A stretch of DNA of 64,000 bases, taken from the NCBI GenBank assembly GCA_963717255.1, contig CAVQVT010000014.1, positions 72,751-136,750 of the forward strand, read 5' to 3'. This DNA is from an uncultured Chloroflexia bacterium (GTDB taxonomy: Bacteria; Chloroflexota; Limnocylindria; Limnocylindrales; CSP1-4). Positions within the stretch are counted from its first letter, which is position 1. Each line of letters starts with the position of its first letter. Below are positions 10,245-20,063 of this stretch, piece by piece. Below the pieces are notes generated by a model that saw nothing but the letters and a program-made list of their open reading frames with translations, was not told where the DNA came from and did no database searches. The translations under genes and the position numbers were made by a program.

Positions 10245-10298
10245 GGGCGACGGCCGGGGCGGCAGGCCGGGCGACGGCCGGGGCGGCAGGCCGGGCAG
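10245..10298. repeat. 24-bp tandem repeat, 2 full copies plus a partial third, in a divergent intergenic region
   Basis: gggcgacggccggggcggcaggcc at 10245-10268 and identically at 10269-10292, followed by gggcag... Lies between the DUF885 start (10192, minus) and the lysA start (10354, plus). Confidence 0.9.
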
Positions 10299-10353
10299 TC
10301 GGGCGGTAGGCTGGTGCACCTGCCAATCGGTCGCCGGGGAGGGTGAGCCGACG

Positions 10354-11646
10354 ATGTCCGACCGGATCCGCGAGGCCGCCGACGCGCTGCGCATGGCCGC
10401 CCGTCGGTACGGGACGCCCCTGTACGCGACGGATCTCGCCGCGCTCGACGACGCGGCCACCGAGGTCCGTGCGGCCTTCCCCGACCCGTGGCTCCGGGCC
10501 TTCTCCGTGAAGGCCAACGACGTCCCCGCGGTCGTCGCCGAGATCGCCGCCCGCGGGTTCGGGGCGAACGTCGTCTCGCGCGGCGAGTGGGCCATCGCGC
10601 GCCGCGCCGGCGTCGGGAACGCCGCCACGACGTTCGAGGGGATCGGCAAGCCCGACGCGGACCTCCGCGCGATCGTCCGGGCGGCGGCCGCGGGAGACCC
10701 CCTGCGCTGGGTGGCGATCGAGTCGGCGGACGAGGCCCGCGTCCTCGCCGGCCTCGCCCGGGCAGCCGGGCTCCGCGGCGGCTCGCGCCCGGAGGTGCTG
10801 CTGCGGCTCAACCCGGCGGTCCTCCCGGAGACGCACCGGGCGCTCGCGGTCGGGGCCGCGCACAGCAAGTTCGGCCTCGCCGACGACGAGATCGCGGAGG
10901 CGATCGAGGCCGGCGGGGGGCGGGACGGCCCGCTGCGCTGGCGCGGGATCCACCTGCACGTGGGCTCCCAGCTCGGTGCCGTGGACGCGTGGCGCGACGC
11001 CGTCCGCCGCGCCCTGGCCGTCGGCGCGCTGCTCCGCGGCGACGACGCGGCATTCGACACGCTCGACGTGGGCGGCGGGTTACCGGTCGCCATCGACGGC
11101 GACGATGCGTCCGTCCCGACGCCGGCGCGGTTCGCGGGCGAGATCCCGGCGCTCCTCGCGGCCGTCCCGGCCGCCCGCCGTCCGTCGCGGCTCGCGATCG
11201 AGCCCGGGCGGTTTCTCGTCGCCCGCTCCGGGTACCTCGTCGCACGCGTCCTCCACGTCCGCGAGCATCGCGGACCCGACCGCGGGCCGCTCGTCATCCT
11301 GGACGCGGGCATGGCGGAGCTCGTGCGCCCCGCCCTGTTCGGGGCGCGCCATCGCGTCGTGTCCCTCACCGCGGGTGGTCGGCCGACCGAGCCGGGCGAG
11401 CGGACGCCCGGAGCCGTCCCCACCGCGGTCGAGGGTCCGGTCTGCGAGTCCACCGACACCCTCGGCGTCCACGATCTCCCGCCGCTGCGGCGCGGCGACC
11501 TCGTCGCGATCCGCGACGCGGGTGCGTACGGCGCGTCGATGGCATCGCGCTACAACGGTCGCCCGCGGCCGCCGCAGGTGCTCATCGAGCCCGGAGGCTC
11601 GGTCGACCTCGCGCGCAGGCGCGGGAGCCTCGCCTCGCTCGCCTGA
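10354..11646 (+). CDS. lysA: Diaminopimelate decarboxylase (PLP-dependent, Orn/DAP/Arg decarboxylase family)
   Basis: Inner part of ORF 9889..11646 from MSDRIREAAD (ATG 10354, GGGGAGGG RBS upstream). FSVKANDVPAVV (PLP Lys), HLHVGSQ, GGGLPVA, PVCESTD, AGAYGASMASRYNGRP motifs. Confidence 0.85.
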   Translation: MSDRIREAADALRMAARRYGTPLYATDLAALDDAATEVRAAFPDPWLRAFSVKANDVPAVVAEIAARGFGANVVSRGEWAIARRAGVGNAATTFEGIGKPDADLRAIVRAAAAGDPLRWVAIESADEARVLAGLARAAGLRGGSRPEVLLRLNPAVLPETHRALAVGAAHSKFGLADDEIAEAIEAGGGRDGPLRWRGIHLHVGSQLGAVDAWRDAVRRALAVGALLRGDDAAFDTLDVGGGLPVAIDGDDASVPTPARFAGEIPALLAAVPAARRPSRLAIEPGRFLVARSGYLVARVLHVREHRGPDRGPLVILDAGMAELVRPALFGARHRVVSLTAGGRPTEPGERTPGAVPTAVEGPVCESTDTLGVHDLPPLRRGDLVAIRDAGAYGASMASRYNGRPRPPQVLIEPGGSVDLARRRGSLASLA

Positions 11647-11670
11647 GCCGCTCGCGACTCGCGCGACGGG

Positions 11671-12579
11671 TCAGTCGCGGATGTGGATCGTGACCGACCC
11701 GAACGAAGCGCTGAAGCGGAGGTCGAGCCGCCCGAGGACCGGGGCCGGGAACAGGAGCCTGCCCGTGAACGGGATCGTCGTGGAGAGCGACGTGGACCAC
11801 GGCGCCGGGATGTCGTCGCAACCGGAGCAGTAGACCGGGCGGCGGAGGCTCCCGTCGGGCTCGACGATCCGGAAGTCCTCGGAGGAGGCGGAGAGACCGG
11901 GCACGAGCGCCACGAGCTGGACCCGGAGGAGGACCCCCGTGTTCCCGACGGCGTCGGTGAACGGCGAGACCCACTGCACCGTGAGGTGCATCGACCCGCC
12001 GACCATGAACGTGCGGCCGACCTCGACGGGGACGGCATCACCACTCGGCGAGGGCGTCGGAGACGGCATCGGCGACGGCGAGGGCGCGACGGTGGGCGTC
12101 GGGGACGGCGACGGACCCGGCGTGACGAGGGGGCGTTCGACGAGCGGAGAGCACCGGCTGACCGGGCCAGCACGGACCAGCACGATCATCGACGACGCCG
12201 ACCCGATGGCGGTCACCTCGCGGGGGGTCAGCGCGCGGCTGCGCGAGAACCTGCCCGTGGCCGTCGCGCGGCCCGCGGGCAGCGGCGCGAGGACCCGTCC
12301 GCGCGCGGCGCACGTGCCCGCCCGGATCGCGCCCGAGACCTGCGCGCGGGCCGGCAGCCCGCGCAGGGCCATCCGCATCTGTCCCGCGACCGGATCGGAC
12401 GAGAAGATGACGACGACGTTCCCGTTCGCGCCACCGGGTCCCACCCGGGCCACCCACCACTGCGCGGGCTCGTACGCGGCGCCGGCCGGGCCGGCGGAGA
12501 CGAGGAGGACGACGAGCACCGCCGCGAGCAGCCCCGCGGCCGCGCCGACGCGCCGGGAACGGTGGAGCACGCGATCCAT
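11671..12579 (-). CDS. Secreted two-domain hypothetical protein (unknown Cys-pair N-domain, Pro/Ser linker, DUF4352-like C-domain)
   Basis: ORF 11671..12579, 302 aa. Signal peptide MDRVLHRSRRVGAAAGLLAAVLVVLLVSAGPAGAA; linker PGPSPSPTPTVAPSPSPMPSPTPSPS. Paralog of 36060..36956. Confidence 0.65.
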   Translation of the reverse strand: MDRVLHRSRRVGAAAGLLAAVLVVLLVSAGPAGAAYEPAQWWVARVGPGGANGNVVVIFSSDPVAGQMRMALRGLPARAQVSGAIRAGTCAARGRVLAPLPAGRATATGRFSRSRALTPREVTAIGSASSMIVLVRAGPVSRCSPLVERPLVTPGPSPSPTPTVAPSPSPMPSPTPSPSGDAVPVEVGRTFMVGGSMHLTVQWVSPFTDAVGNTGVLLRVQLVALVPGLSASSEDFRIVEPDGSLRRPVYCSGCDDIPAPWSTSLSTTIPFTGRLLFPAPVLGRLDLRFSASFGSVTIHIRD

Positions 12580-12686
12580 GCGACGAGCCCTCCAGCGCCG
12601 TCACCGGCCACCGTGGCCGTCGGCCGGACAGCCCAACGGTACCGCGCCGCGGTCGCGGTGACCACAGGCACGGTACGCTGTCGTCG

Positions 12687-14582
12687 ATGATGCCGTCCCT
12701 CCACCGCGCCCGCCGGCTGATCGCCCTCCTCGCCGCACTCCCGGTCGCCCTGGCGGCGGGCGCGGGTGGCGCCGCCGCGGCCGACCTCACCCAGCACTCC
12801 GTCCCCGGCACGGTCGTGTACGTCGAAGCTGGAGTCCTCGGATCGACGACCGGGACCGTCATGCCCGGCATCCTCGCGACGCCGGCCGTCATCTCGGGGC
12901 TCGACCCGGTCGTCTACGTCCAACGGGTGCCGGACGCGGCGGCGGCGAACGCGCCGCCGGTCGGCCCGCCGTGGCCGAAGCCCGAGGATGGCCGACGCGT
13001 CTACGACTACGCCGGGGTCTTCTCGGCCGGGACGGTCGCGGCGACCGAGGCGGCGATCGACCGGATCGAGGAGCGGACCGGCGCCCAGATCGCCGTGTAC
13101 ACCCAGGTCAAGCCCGGCGCGGATGCCACATCCACCGAGCAGGACGCGATCTCGCTGATGGACACGTGGGGGGTCGGCAGGAAGGGCTTCGACGACGGCC
13201 TCGTGATCCTCTGGAACCTCGATGAGTCGCTCCGCCACGGCCAGGTGCAGCTGTACGCGGGACCCGGCTACCGGAACATCGTCAGCAACGAGCAGCGCCA
13301 GTCGATCTACGAGAACGACATGCTGCCATACCTGAGCGGCGACGACCTCGACGGCGCGATGACGATCGCGATGCAGAGGCTCGAGGAGCTCACGACCACC
13401 GAGAATGCCGGGCGCCTCCAGCTCTACCGCCAGCTCAACGCGGTCATCGGGCTCATCGGGGTCATCGTCTTCCTCCTCCTCGCGGGCTGGCCCATCCTCA
13501 CGTGGTTCCGTCGCGGGCGCGACCCCATGGTCACCCAGAGCGAGTCGATGCTCATGCCGGACCCGCCGGCCGAGATGACGCCGGCGCTCGGATCGGTGGT
13601 CGAGCACGGACGCTCGTCGCGCCGCGCCCTGACCGCGGCCATGCTCGACCTCGCCAGCCGTGGCGAGCTCGCATTCGAGCAGGAGGAGAAGGGCGTCCTC
13701 ATCAAGTCGAAGAAGCTCGCGATCCGCCTGGCGCGCCCCGACCTGGACGACCCGCGGGTGGTCCTCAACCGGCGCCCGGCGACGGGCCCCGCGGAGGACT
13801 ACCTCCTCACGCAGGTCCGCGGCCTCGCCGGCTCGGACGACCAGGTCTCGCCGGACGAGCTCCTGAAGCTCGGTGCGAAGGTCGGCAAGTTCGACACGAT
13901 GCTCGAGCAGAGCGCGACCGGCCTCGGCTGGTTCGCTGCCCCACCCGGGAAGGTGCAGGGGAAGTGGGCGGGCCTGGGCTCGCTCGAGCTGATCGGCGGG
14001 ATCGTGGTCCTCGTCCTCGGGTTCGTGATCCCGGCGAGCGGCGTCGCGGTCGTCGGAGGGGGAGCGGTGGCCGCCGGCATCGTCACGCTCGTCGCCGCGG
14101 CGGCCATGCCCGCGCGGACGCAGAAGGGCGCCCTCGCGCGGGTCTGGCTCGACGGGTACCGCCGGACCCTCAAGGCCACGATGGAACGGGCACGGTCGAT
14201 GGACGAGGTGGTCGCCACGTCCGGCCTGACCTGGCTCGAGACGGCCGATCGCGCGGTCGCGTGGGGGACGGCACTCGGTCTGCAGGACGAGATCGAGCAG
14301 GTCCTCGAGCGCAGCGTCGAGGACGTCCGCGAAGGAAGGGCGTCCGCGGCCTGGTTCCCTATCTGGTACTCCTCGGCCGCCGACCGCGGAGGGTGGGGCA
14401 CCTCCGGCGCAGGGGGCGTCGCGCCGGGCCTGATGTCGGCCTCGGCCATCCCCGACTTCGGCGGGATGATGGCCGCCCTCGGGACGATCGGGGACTCGCC
14501 GTCCTCATCGGGCAGCGGCGGCGGCGGGTTCGGCGGTGGAGGATCCGGCGGGGGCGGAGGAGGCGCGGGCGGCGGATTCTGA
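12687..14582 (+). CDS. Membrane protein with N-terminal TPM (TLP18.3/Psb32-like) domain and DUF2207-type region, Gly-rich C-terminal tail
   Basis: ORF 12687..14582, 631 aa. Signal peptide; VYDYAGVFSAGTVAATEAAIDRIEERTGAQIAVYT... (TPM-like); several TM segments; tail SSGSGGGGFGGGGSGGGGGGAGGGF. Confidence 0.7.
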   Translation: MMPSLHRARRLIALLAALPVALAAGAGGAAAADLTQHSVPGTVVYVEAGVLGSTTGTVMPGILATPAVISGLDPVVYVQRVPDAAAANAPPVGPPWPKPEDGRRVYDYAGVFSAGTVAATEAAIDRIEERTGAQIAVYTQVKPGADATSTEQDAISLMDTWGVGRKGFDDGLVILWNLDESLRHGQVQLYAGPGYRNIVSNEQRQSIYENDMLPYLSGDDLDGAMTIAMQRLEELTTTENAGRLQLYRQLNAVIGLIGVIVFLLLAGWPILTWFRRGRDPMVTQSESMLMPDPPAEMTPALGSVVEHGRSSRRALTAAMLDLASRGELAFEQEEKGVLIKSKKLAIRLARPDLDDPRVVLNRRPATGPAEDYLLTQVRGLAGSDDQVSPDELLKLGAKVGKFDTMLEQSATGLGWFAAPPGKVQGKWAGLGSLELIGGIVVLVLGFVIPASGVAVVGGGAVAAGIVTLVAAAAMPARTQKGALARVWLDGYRRTLKATMERARSMDEVVATSGLTWLETADRAVAWGTALGLQDEIEQVLERSVEDVREGRASAAWFPIWYSSAADRGGWGTSGAGGVAPGLMSASAIPDFGGMMAALGTIGDSPSSSGSGGGGFGGGGSGGGGGGAGGGF

Positions 14583-14641
14583 GGCCGCCGGCCCGGACGC
14601 CGGGCGCCCGCGGGCGGGCCTCCGGCGGGTAGACTGCGCGC

Positions 14642-14971
14642 ATGGGTGCGGTCGACACGATGGAGATCTTCTTCGAGCGCCTGAACGGTGGGGACCGGGA
14701 GGGCGCGGTCGCCCTGCTCGACGAGCGCGTCGAGATGCGTGTGCACGTCGGGGAGGGCGCTCGCGTGCTGCGCGGGTCGGAGCAGGTCGGCGGCTGGTTC
14801 CTCCGTGCGGACGCCGGGCTGAAGATGGTCCCCGGCGACGTGCGCGACCTCGGCAACATGTACGAGGCGGACATCGTCGCCGTCCGGCCGGGCGCCCCGA
14901 GCCAGCACCTCGACGCCACCTTCCGGATCGAGGCGGGGAAGATCACGACGATCAACCTCTCGCCGCGCTGA
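14642..14971 (+). CDS. NTF2-like / SnoaL-like small protein
   Basis: ORF 14642..14971, 109 aa. MEIFFERLNGGDREGAVALLDERVEM... pattern typical of SnoaL-like folds. Family assignment from pattern only. Confidence 0.5.
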   Translation: MGAVDTMEIFFERLNGGDREGAVALLDERVEMRVHVGEGARVLRGSEQVGGWFLRADAGLKMVPGDVRDLGNMYEADIVAVRPGAPSQHLDATFRIEAGKITTINLSPR

Positions 14972-15022
14972 CGCGCGGGCCCGGGGCGCCCGGTGCGCGT
15001 CGCGGCGGCGCGACCACGCGCG

Positions 15023-16597
15023 TCAGGGTGCGGGGGTCACCTCGGGGGTGCCCGCGTCCGGGATGACGGACGACGCCGGCAGCGGGATCACGAGGACCTG
15101 ACCCACCTGGAGCTGGTTCGGATCCTTGAGGTCCGGATTCGCGGCGAGGATGTCGTCCACGCTGACCTTGTACTTCGCGGCGATGCCCGAGAGCGTGTCG
15201 CCGGCCTTGACCTTGTACGTGAAGGGGGTCGGCGACGGGACGGGCGTCGGTGCGACCGACGGCTCCGCCGACACCCCGGCCGTCGCCGCCGGGGTCGGGC
15301 TGGCATCGGCGCCGCCACCTCCCCCGCCGAGGAGGAAGGGCGGGATGAGGAAGAGCGCGACCGCCGCGAGCGCGAGGAGCCCCGCCCACATCAGCACGCG
15401 CGGGACGCCGCGCGGGACGCGGCGCTGCCCGCCGCCGCTCGACTTGATCGCGGGATAGGCCTCGAACCGCCGCGGGCGCTCCCAGGCCGGCGCCGCGGGG
15501 TCCGCCGCACGCTGCGGCAGGGGCCGCGCCTGCCCGGAGGAGGACGGCTTCGAGCGGCCGAGCCCGAACCGCGACGAGCCTGAGCCGCCCGACTCCCTGG
15601 CCGCGCGCGCGATCCGGGCGGCGGCGGCCGCCTCCACCGGGTCCTCCCAGGGCTCATCCTCGGCGGGCACGTCCACGTCCGGCTCGACCCACAGCGCGTC
15701 GGACGACGGTGCCGGCCGGGACGTGGACGGCGGCGGGCCGGTGCGGCCGGAGACCGGCTGCGCACGCGGCGTGGCCGAGGACCGCGGCGCCGGCAGGGGC
15801 ACGGGCGCGGCCGGTGCGGCGGCGGCGCCGCCCGACACGAGGTCCCCGAGGTCGTCGTCCTCGTACCCGGACATCCCGCCGATGAGCGCGGCGGACCCGG
15901 CCGCGGCTGCGACCGATGCGGCCCCGGTGGCGCCGGCAGCCGGCATCCCTGCCCCCGCGCCCCGCGGCGCCGGGGCGGAGGGCGGCACGTTCGGGGTCGG
16001 CCGCGGCGTGCGACCGGCGAGGAAGGCGGGTGTCTCACCGTCGTCGGCGTACGGGGATCCGGCCGGGCCGGCGGGGGGCGGGGCCGGCGTCCACGACGAC
16101 GCCGCGCCCGGCGCGGAGGCGTCCTCCGCGGCCGCGCCCGCGGCCGCCTCGGCGATCCACGGCGGCGGCGCCTGCCATTCGGGGACGGGCTGCGACGGGC
16201 CTGCCGGCTGCGGCGTGCCCGGCATCGCGTGCTCGGGCGGAACCGCGTACGCGCCGCCCACCGCGGCGAACCCGCCGGTCGTGCCGGGGGGCGGACGGTC
16301 GGCCGGGTAGGCGCCACGCGGTGTCACGGGGGCATCCGTCCGGCGGATGGTCGGCCGCTTCACGGCGGCCGCCTCGCGTGCCGCCCACGACGCGAAGGTC
16401 GGGCATTCGCCGAAGGCGCCACCCAGGCAGAAGAGCTCCTGGTGGCTGATCGCGCGCGGGGCCGGCCGCTGGTCGGCGAAGCACCGGTGGCGGTGGTCGG
16501 GCCGGTCGGACCGGTAGTCGCGGTCGTCCTCGAACGCCAGGAACGGACACGCAGTGGTCCGCTCGGCGGGGCTGCGATCGGTCATCTCGGGCATCAT
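15023..16597 (-). CDS. LysM domain membrane protein with cytoplasmic Cys/His-rich N-terminal module and long Pro/Ala-rich region
   Basis: ORF 15023..16621. Start ambiguous (GTG 16621; ATG 16597/16594/16585). N-terminal ACPFLAFEDD...HRHRCF...ELFCLGGAFGECP; one TM (LMWAGLLALAAVALFLIPPFLL); C-terminal LysM YKVKAGDTLSGIAAKYKVSVDDILAANP. Confidence 0.8.
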   Translation of the reverse strand: MMPEMTDRSPAERTTACPFLAFEDDRDYRSDRPDHRHRCFADQRPAPRAISHQELFCLGGAFGECPTFASWAAREAAAVKRPTIRRTDAPVTPRGAYPADRPPPGTTGGFAAVGGAYAVPPEHAMPGTPQPAGPSQPVPEWQAPPPWIAEAAAGAAAEDASAPGAASSWTPAPPPAGPAGSPYADDGETPAFLAGRTPRPTPNVPPSAPAPRGAGAGMPAAGATGAASVAAAAGSAALIGGMSGYEDDDLGDLVSGGAAAAPAAPVPLPAPRSSATPRAQPVSGRTGPPPSTSRPAPSSDALWVEPDVDVPAEDEPWEDPVEAAAAARIARAARESGGSGSSRFGLGRSKPSSSGQARPLPQRAADPAAPAWERPRRFEAYPAIKSSGGGQRRVPRGVPRVLMWAGLLALAAVALFLIPPFLLGGGGGGADASPTPAATAGVSAEPSVAPTPVPSPTPFTYKVKAGDTLSGIAAKYKVSVDDILAANPDLKDPNQLQVGQVLVIPLPASSVIPDAGTPEVTPAP

Positions 16598-16658
16598 ACC
16601 CGCGTCGTGCACCGGCGCCACCGACCCGGTCGCCCCCCGTCACAGCCCCGAGGTTCCC

Positions 16659-18428
16659 ATGCAGCCTTCCCGCCCGGCCTCGTCCCGCCCCGCCGGCCGG
16701 GCACTCTCGCGCGCCGCCGTCGTCCTCGCTTCCTTCGCGGCTCTTGCGTCGGTGTCCACCGTCCCGGTCGCGGCCGGCGAGACGGCAGCGGCCGTCCCGG
16801 CCCCGGTCGCAGCGGCCGCCTCCCCCGCGGTCGAGCGCATCGCGCTGGCGGCCCCTGCCGGCCTCCGCGTCTCGGGCACGGTCACCGCCGCCGCCGGACC
16901 CGTGGCGGGCGCGGTCGTCACGGCGTGCCCGTCGCCGGCGCCCGCCACGACCGTCCCGGTCGCCTGCAAGGGTGGCCTCACGACGGCCGCGGGCACCTGG
17001 ACGATCACTGGGCTGGCACCCGGGCGGTACACCGTCCGTGCCGCGCCCCCGGCGTCGGCCGGGACCGCCGCGGCCGCAGGGTACGTGGGAGCCGCCGGCT
17101 ACGTGGCGGCGCGCGGGGCCGCGCAGGCCCTGGGCGTCACCGCGGACCGGACGGGCGTGGACCTCGCGCTCCCGGCCGGCCGGATCATCGCGGGCTCGGT
17201 CGTCGCGGACGGCGGCCGGGCCGTCCGCGACGCGTTCGTGGAGGCGTGCGCCGCAGACGCGCCGGCCGGCGTCGCCTGCACCGGGGCGTACACCGCCCCG
17301 GATGGGACCTTCTCGATCGGGGGGCTCGGGGCCGGCGCCTACACCGTCGGCGCGCAGGCGCCCACCGGCTCGGGCCTCGTGAGCGGATACGTCACCTCCT
17401 CCGGCGTCTCCCCGGCGACCTCATCCGCCCGCCGCGTGGATGCGGGCTCGGCCGCGCTGACGATCGAGCTTCCGCGGGGCCGCAGCGCGCGCGGCGTCGT
17501 GACGCTCGAGAAGGCCGGGATGGCGGCGCCCGGCCAGGTGCTCGCCCAGGCGTGCGCGGACACGGCGTGCGTCTACGGGCCCGCCGCATGGACCGACGAG
17601 GACGGCCGGTTCGCGATCCCCGGGCTGGGCACCGGGACGTACGTCATCTCCTTCAGCCTGCCCTCCACCCCCACACACGTGAGCGGGTATCGGGGCGAGG
17701 GCGGCTTCACGCCGAGCCGCGTGACGGCCGCCCGGGTCTCGGTCGCCGGCGGCGACGTGGGCGCCCTCGACGTGACGCTGCCGCTCGCGGTCGCGCGCAT
17801 CGAGGGCGCCGCGACCGGTGGTGGAACGCCGCTGCGGGGCGGCGTCGTCGTCGCCTGCGGTGCGGCCGGGACGTGCGTCTGGACGCGGACCCTCCTGCGC
17901 GACGGCACGTATGCCCTGGGGCTCCCCTCGGCCGGGCCGTGGACGGTCGCCGTGCGAGCCCCCGGGACCTACACGGTCGGCCTCCCGCTCGCGTGGACGG
18001 CCGGCATGGTCGTCCCGGTCGAACCGGTCGCGATGGACGGCTATGTCGGCGACGGCGGCTTCACGCCGGACGCCGCGCGGGCCGCGGCCGTCACCGTGGG
18101 CGCCCCGGACCGGACGCGGCCGACGATCACGGCCCGCGCGCCGAAGCCGAACGCGACGAAGGTCGCGACGAGCACGCGCGTCGTGGTGCGGTTCAGCGAA
18201 CCCGTCACCGGCGTCGCCGCGAAGTCGCTCGTCCTGCGCGACGCCGTCACGCGGAAGGCCGTCGCAGCGACCGTGACGTACGACGCGGCGGGCCGGACCG
18301 CGACGCTCCGCCCGAAGGCGGCACTGACGAAGGGGCGCCGCTACCAGGTGCTCGTCGCCGGCACGATCGCGGACTACGCCGGGAACCGGCTCGCGCCGTC
18401 CACCTGGGCGTTCACGACGAAGCGCTGA
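16659..18428 (+). CDS. Large secreted protein with repeated carboxypeptidase-regulatory-like (beta-sandwich) modules and a C-terminal SbsA/Big_5-like Ig domain
   Basis: ORF 16554..18428 from MQPSRPASS (ATG 16659). Signal peptide. Repeated G(T/R)W/F(T/S)I.GL..G.Y.V motifs (GTWTITGLAPGRYTV, GTFSIGGLGAGAYTV, GRFAIPGLGTGTYVI). C-terminus PTITARAPKPNATKVATSTRVVVRFSEPV... Confidence 0.7.
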   Translation: MQPSRPASSRPAGRALSRAAVVLASFAALASVSTVPVAAGETAAAVPAPVAAAASPAVERIALAAPAGLRVSGTVTAAAGPVAGAVVTACPSPAPATTVPVACKGGLTTAAGTWTITGLAPGRYTVRAAPPASAGTAAAAGYVGAAGYVAARGAAQALGVTADRTGVDLALPAGRIIAGSVVADGGRAVRDAFVEACAADAPAGVACTGAYTAPDGTFSIGGLGAGAYTVGAQAPTGSGLVSGYVTSSGVSPATSSARRVDAGSAALTIELPRGRSARGVVTLEKAGMAAPGQVLAQACADTACVYGPAAWTDEDGRFAIPGLGTGTYVISFSLPSTPTHVSGYRGEGGFTPSRVTAARVSVAGGDVGALDVTLPLAVARIEGAATGGGTPLRGGVVVACGAAGTCVWTRTLLRDGTYALGLPSAGPWTVAVRAPGTYTVGLPLAWTAGMVVPVEPVAMDGYVGDGGFTPDAARAAAVTVGAPDRTRPTITARAPKPNATKVATSTRVVVRFSEPVTGVAAKSLVLRDAVTRKAVAATVTYDAAGRTATLRPKAALTKGRRYQVLVAGTIADYAGNRLAPSTWAFTTKR

Positions 18429-18597
18429 CCGACTCCGGGGCCGACCCCTGCGCGGCCGAGGCGCAGCGGCCACGGGCGCCGCCCGGCCGCGGTACGCCGA
18501 ACGGGCCATTGCCTGGTGGCGGGCCGGGGAGCAGCGTCGCCGCCATCGGGCACGCCGCCCGGCTGTGCCCGGCTGGAAGGCGTGGAGGGCAGCGCAC

Positions 18598-19128
18598 ATG
18601 TTCGCCCGGAGACTGGTCGTCGGAGCGGCGTTGGCAGGCCTCGTGGCCGTCAGCTCCGCCATCGTCGCGACCTCGGTGGTCGACGCGGCCCCCAAGTACA
18701 TCGTCTGGCTCAGCCCGCGAGGCTTCGTCACTGGTCAGAACCTCGCCGGCGGCAACCTCACCCTCACCTCGCCGAGCGGGGACGAGGAGCACATCACGAC
18801 GGACAAGGCCGGCGACCTGCAGTGGGTGAACTACCCGCTGCAGCTTCCCAACGACCGGAAGATCGTCCAGGTGATCGTCTGCTACAAGCTCGATGACGCG
18901 ACGAGCTTCATCTCACAGGTGCGGCTCGGCATGTCGACGATCCCACCGACGGCCACCGTCATGTACGACGACGGCACCGACCTGACGAGCACCGCCGGCG
19001 CCTGTCGGAGCGGCATGGTGGTCTCAGGCATCTCGATCAAGGGCGAGATCACGCTGGGGCTCCGCCTGAACTTCGCGTCCACGAACCACGCCATCGACGT
19101 GGGGGCGATCGGGATCGTCACGAAGTAG
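18598..19128 (+). CDS. Small secreted hypothetical protein
   Basis: ORF 18565..19128. ATG 18598 (MFARRLVVGAALAGLVAVSSA) is preceded by GGAGGG at 18584-18589. Signal peptide. Locally lower GC but good codon periodicity. No recognised domain. Confidence 0.55.
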   Translation: MFARRLVVGAALAGLVAVSSAIVATSVVDAAPKYIVWLSPRGFVTGQNLAGGNLTLTSPSGDEEHITTDKAGDLQWVNYPLQLPNDRKIVQVIVCYKLDDATSFISQVRLGMSTIPPTATVMYDDGTDLTSTAGACRSGMVVSGISIKGEITLGLRLNFASTNHAIDVGAIGIVTK

Positions 19129-20020
19129 CGACCGGACTCCCGGGTCGCGGGTCCGTGTCGGGGCCGGCGACCCGGGGGGCCGCAGCGAACGCCATCCGTT
19201 CCCGGCCGTGCGGCGCGGCTCGCCAGCGCCGCCAGAGGACCGCGCCGGCCGCGGCCGCCACGACCACGTAGCCTGCGGGCAGGGCCCACGCCGGGATCCC
19301 GCCCTCCGGCGGCGGCACGCGGAGGAGCTGGTCCGCCGCGCGGAACGCGAGGAAGCCCGCCGCGAACCCGAGCGCGGGGACACCGGGCGCCGCCCCCCGA
19401 CGCGCCAGCGCCCACGCGAGGGCACCGCAGGCGAGGACGGCGGCGATCTCGTACAGCTGGGTCGGGTGGACGGGAGCCGATTCCTCCGCGAACGAGAGGA
19501 AGCCGAACCCGCCCGGCGCGGATGCATCGAGCGCGCCGGCCCGCGGCGGGAAGACGACGCCCCACGGGAGGTCGGTCGCGATCCCGGCGCAGCACCCGTT
19601 GAGGAAGCATCCGATCCGGATGAGGACGATCCCAGCCACGACCGCCACGACCGCCCGGTCGGCGAGGCGCGCCGGCGAGATGCGCCAGGCACGGGCCGCC
19701 ACGACAAGAGCCGCGGCGCTCCCCGCGAGCAGGCCTCCGTACAGCGCGAAGCCGCGGAAGCGGACCTCGACGATGCGGCCCGGGTCGGCGGCGTAGGCCG
19801 GCCAGTCCAGGACCGCCGAGAGGAGCCGGGCCCCGACGAGCCCCGCGACGACCGCGACGCCCAGCCCGGCGATCGCCGCGACCCACCCGACGCCCAGACC
19901 CCTCGCCGCCCGCACGCCGAGCGCGAGCGCGACGACCGCGGCCAGGCTGACGAACGTCGCGTACGCCGAGAGCGTCACGGCCGTCCCGCCGAGGTCGAAG
20001 GTCGCGAGGATGGGCTGCAT
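19118..20020 (-). CDS. lgt: Prolipoprotein diacylglyceryl transferase
   Basis: ORF 19118..20020, 300 aa. Polytopic membrane protein with the HPTQLYE motif and FLNGCCAG region typical of Lgt. 3' end overlaps the convergent gene by 11 nt. Confidence 0.8.
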   Translation of the reverse strand: MQPILATFDLGGTAVTLSAYATFVSLAAVVALALGVRAARGLGVGWVAAIAGLGVAVVAGLVGARLLSAVLDWPAYAADPGRIVEVRFRGFALYGGLLAGSAAALVVAARAWRISPARLADRAVVAVVAGIVLIRIGCFLNGCCAGIATDLPWGVVFPPRAGALDASAPGGFGFLSFAEESAPVHPTQLYEIAAVLACGALAWALARRGAAPGVPALGFAAGFLAFRAADQLLRVPPPEGGIPAWALPAGYVVVAAAAGAVLWRRWRAAPHGRERMAFAAAPRVAGPDTDPRPGSPVATS

Positions 20021-20063
20021 CGCGCGCCTGCGTCCGATCGCTCGCTCGCGCTGGCCGGGCCGC

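Noticed and set aside
10245-10298. Possible CRISPR array, or other repeat arrays elsewhere in the window.
   Set aside because: The 24-bp units are directly adjacent with no spacers and there are only about 2.3 copies. No repeat-spacer structure or cas genes were seen anywhere in the window.
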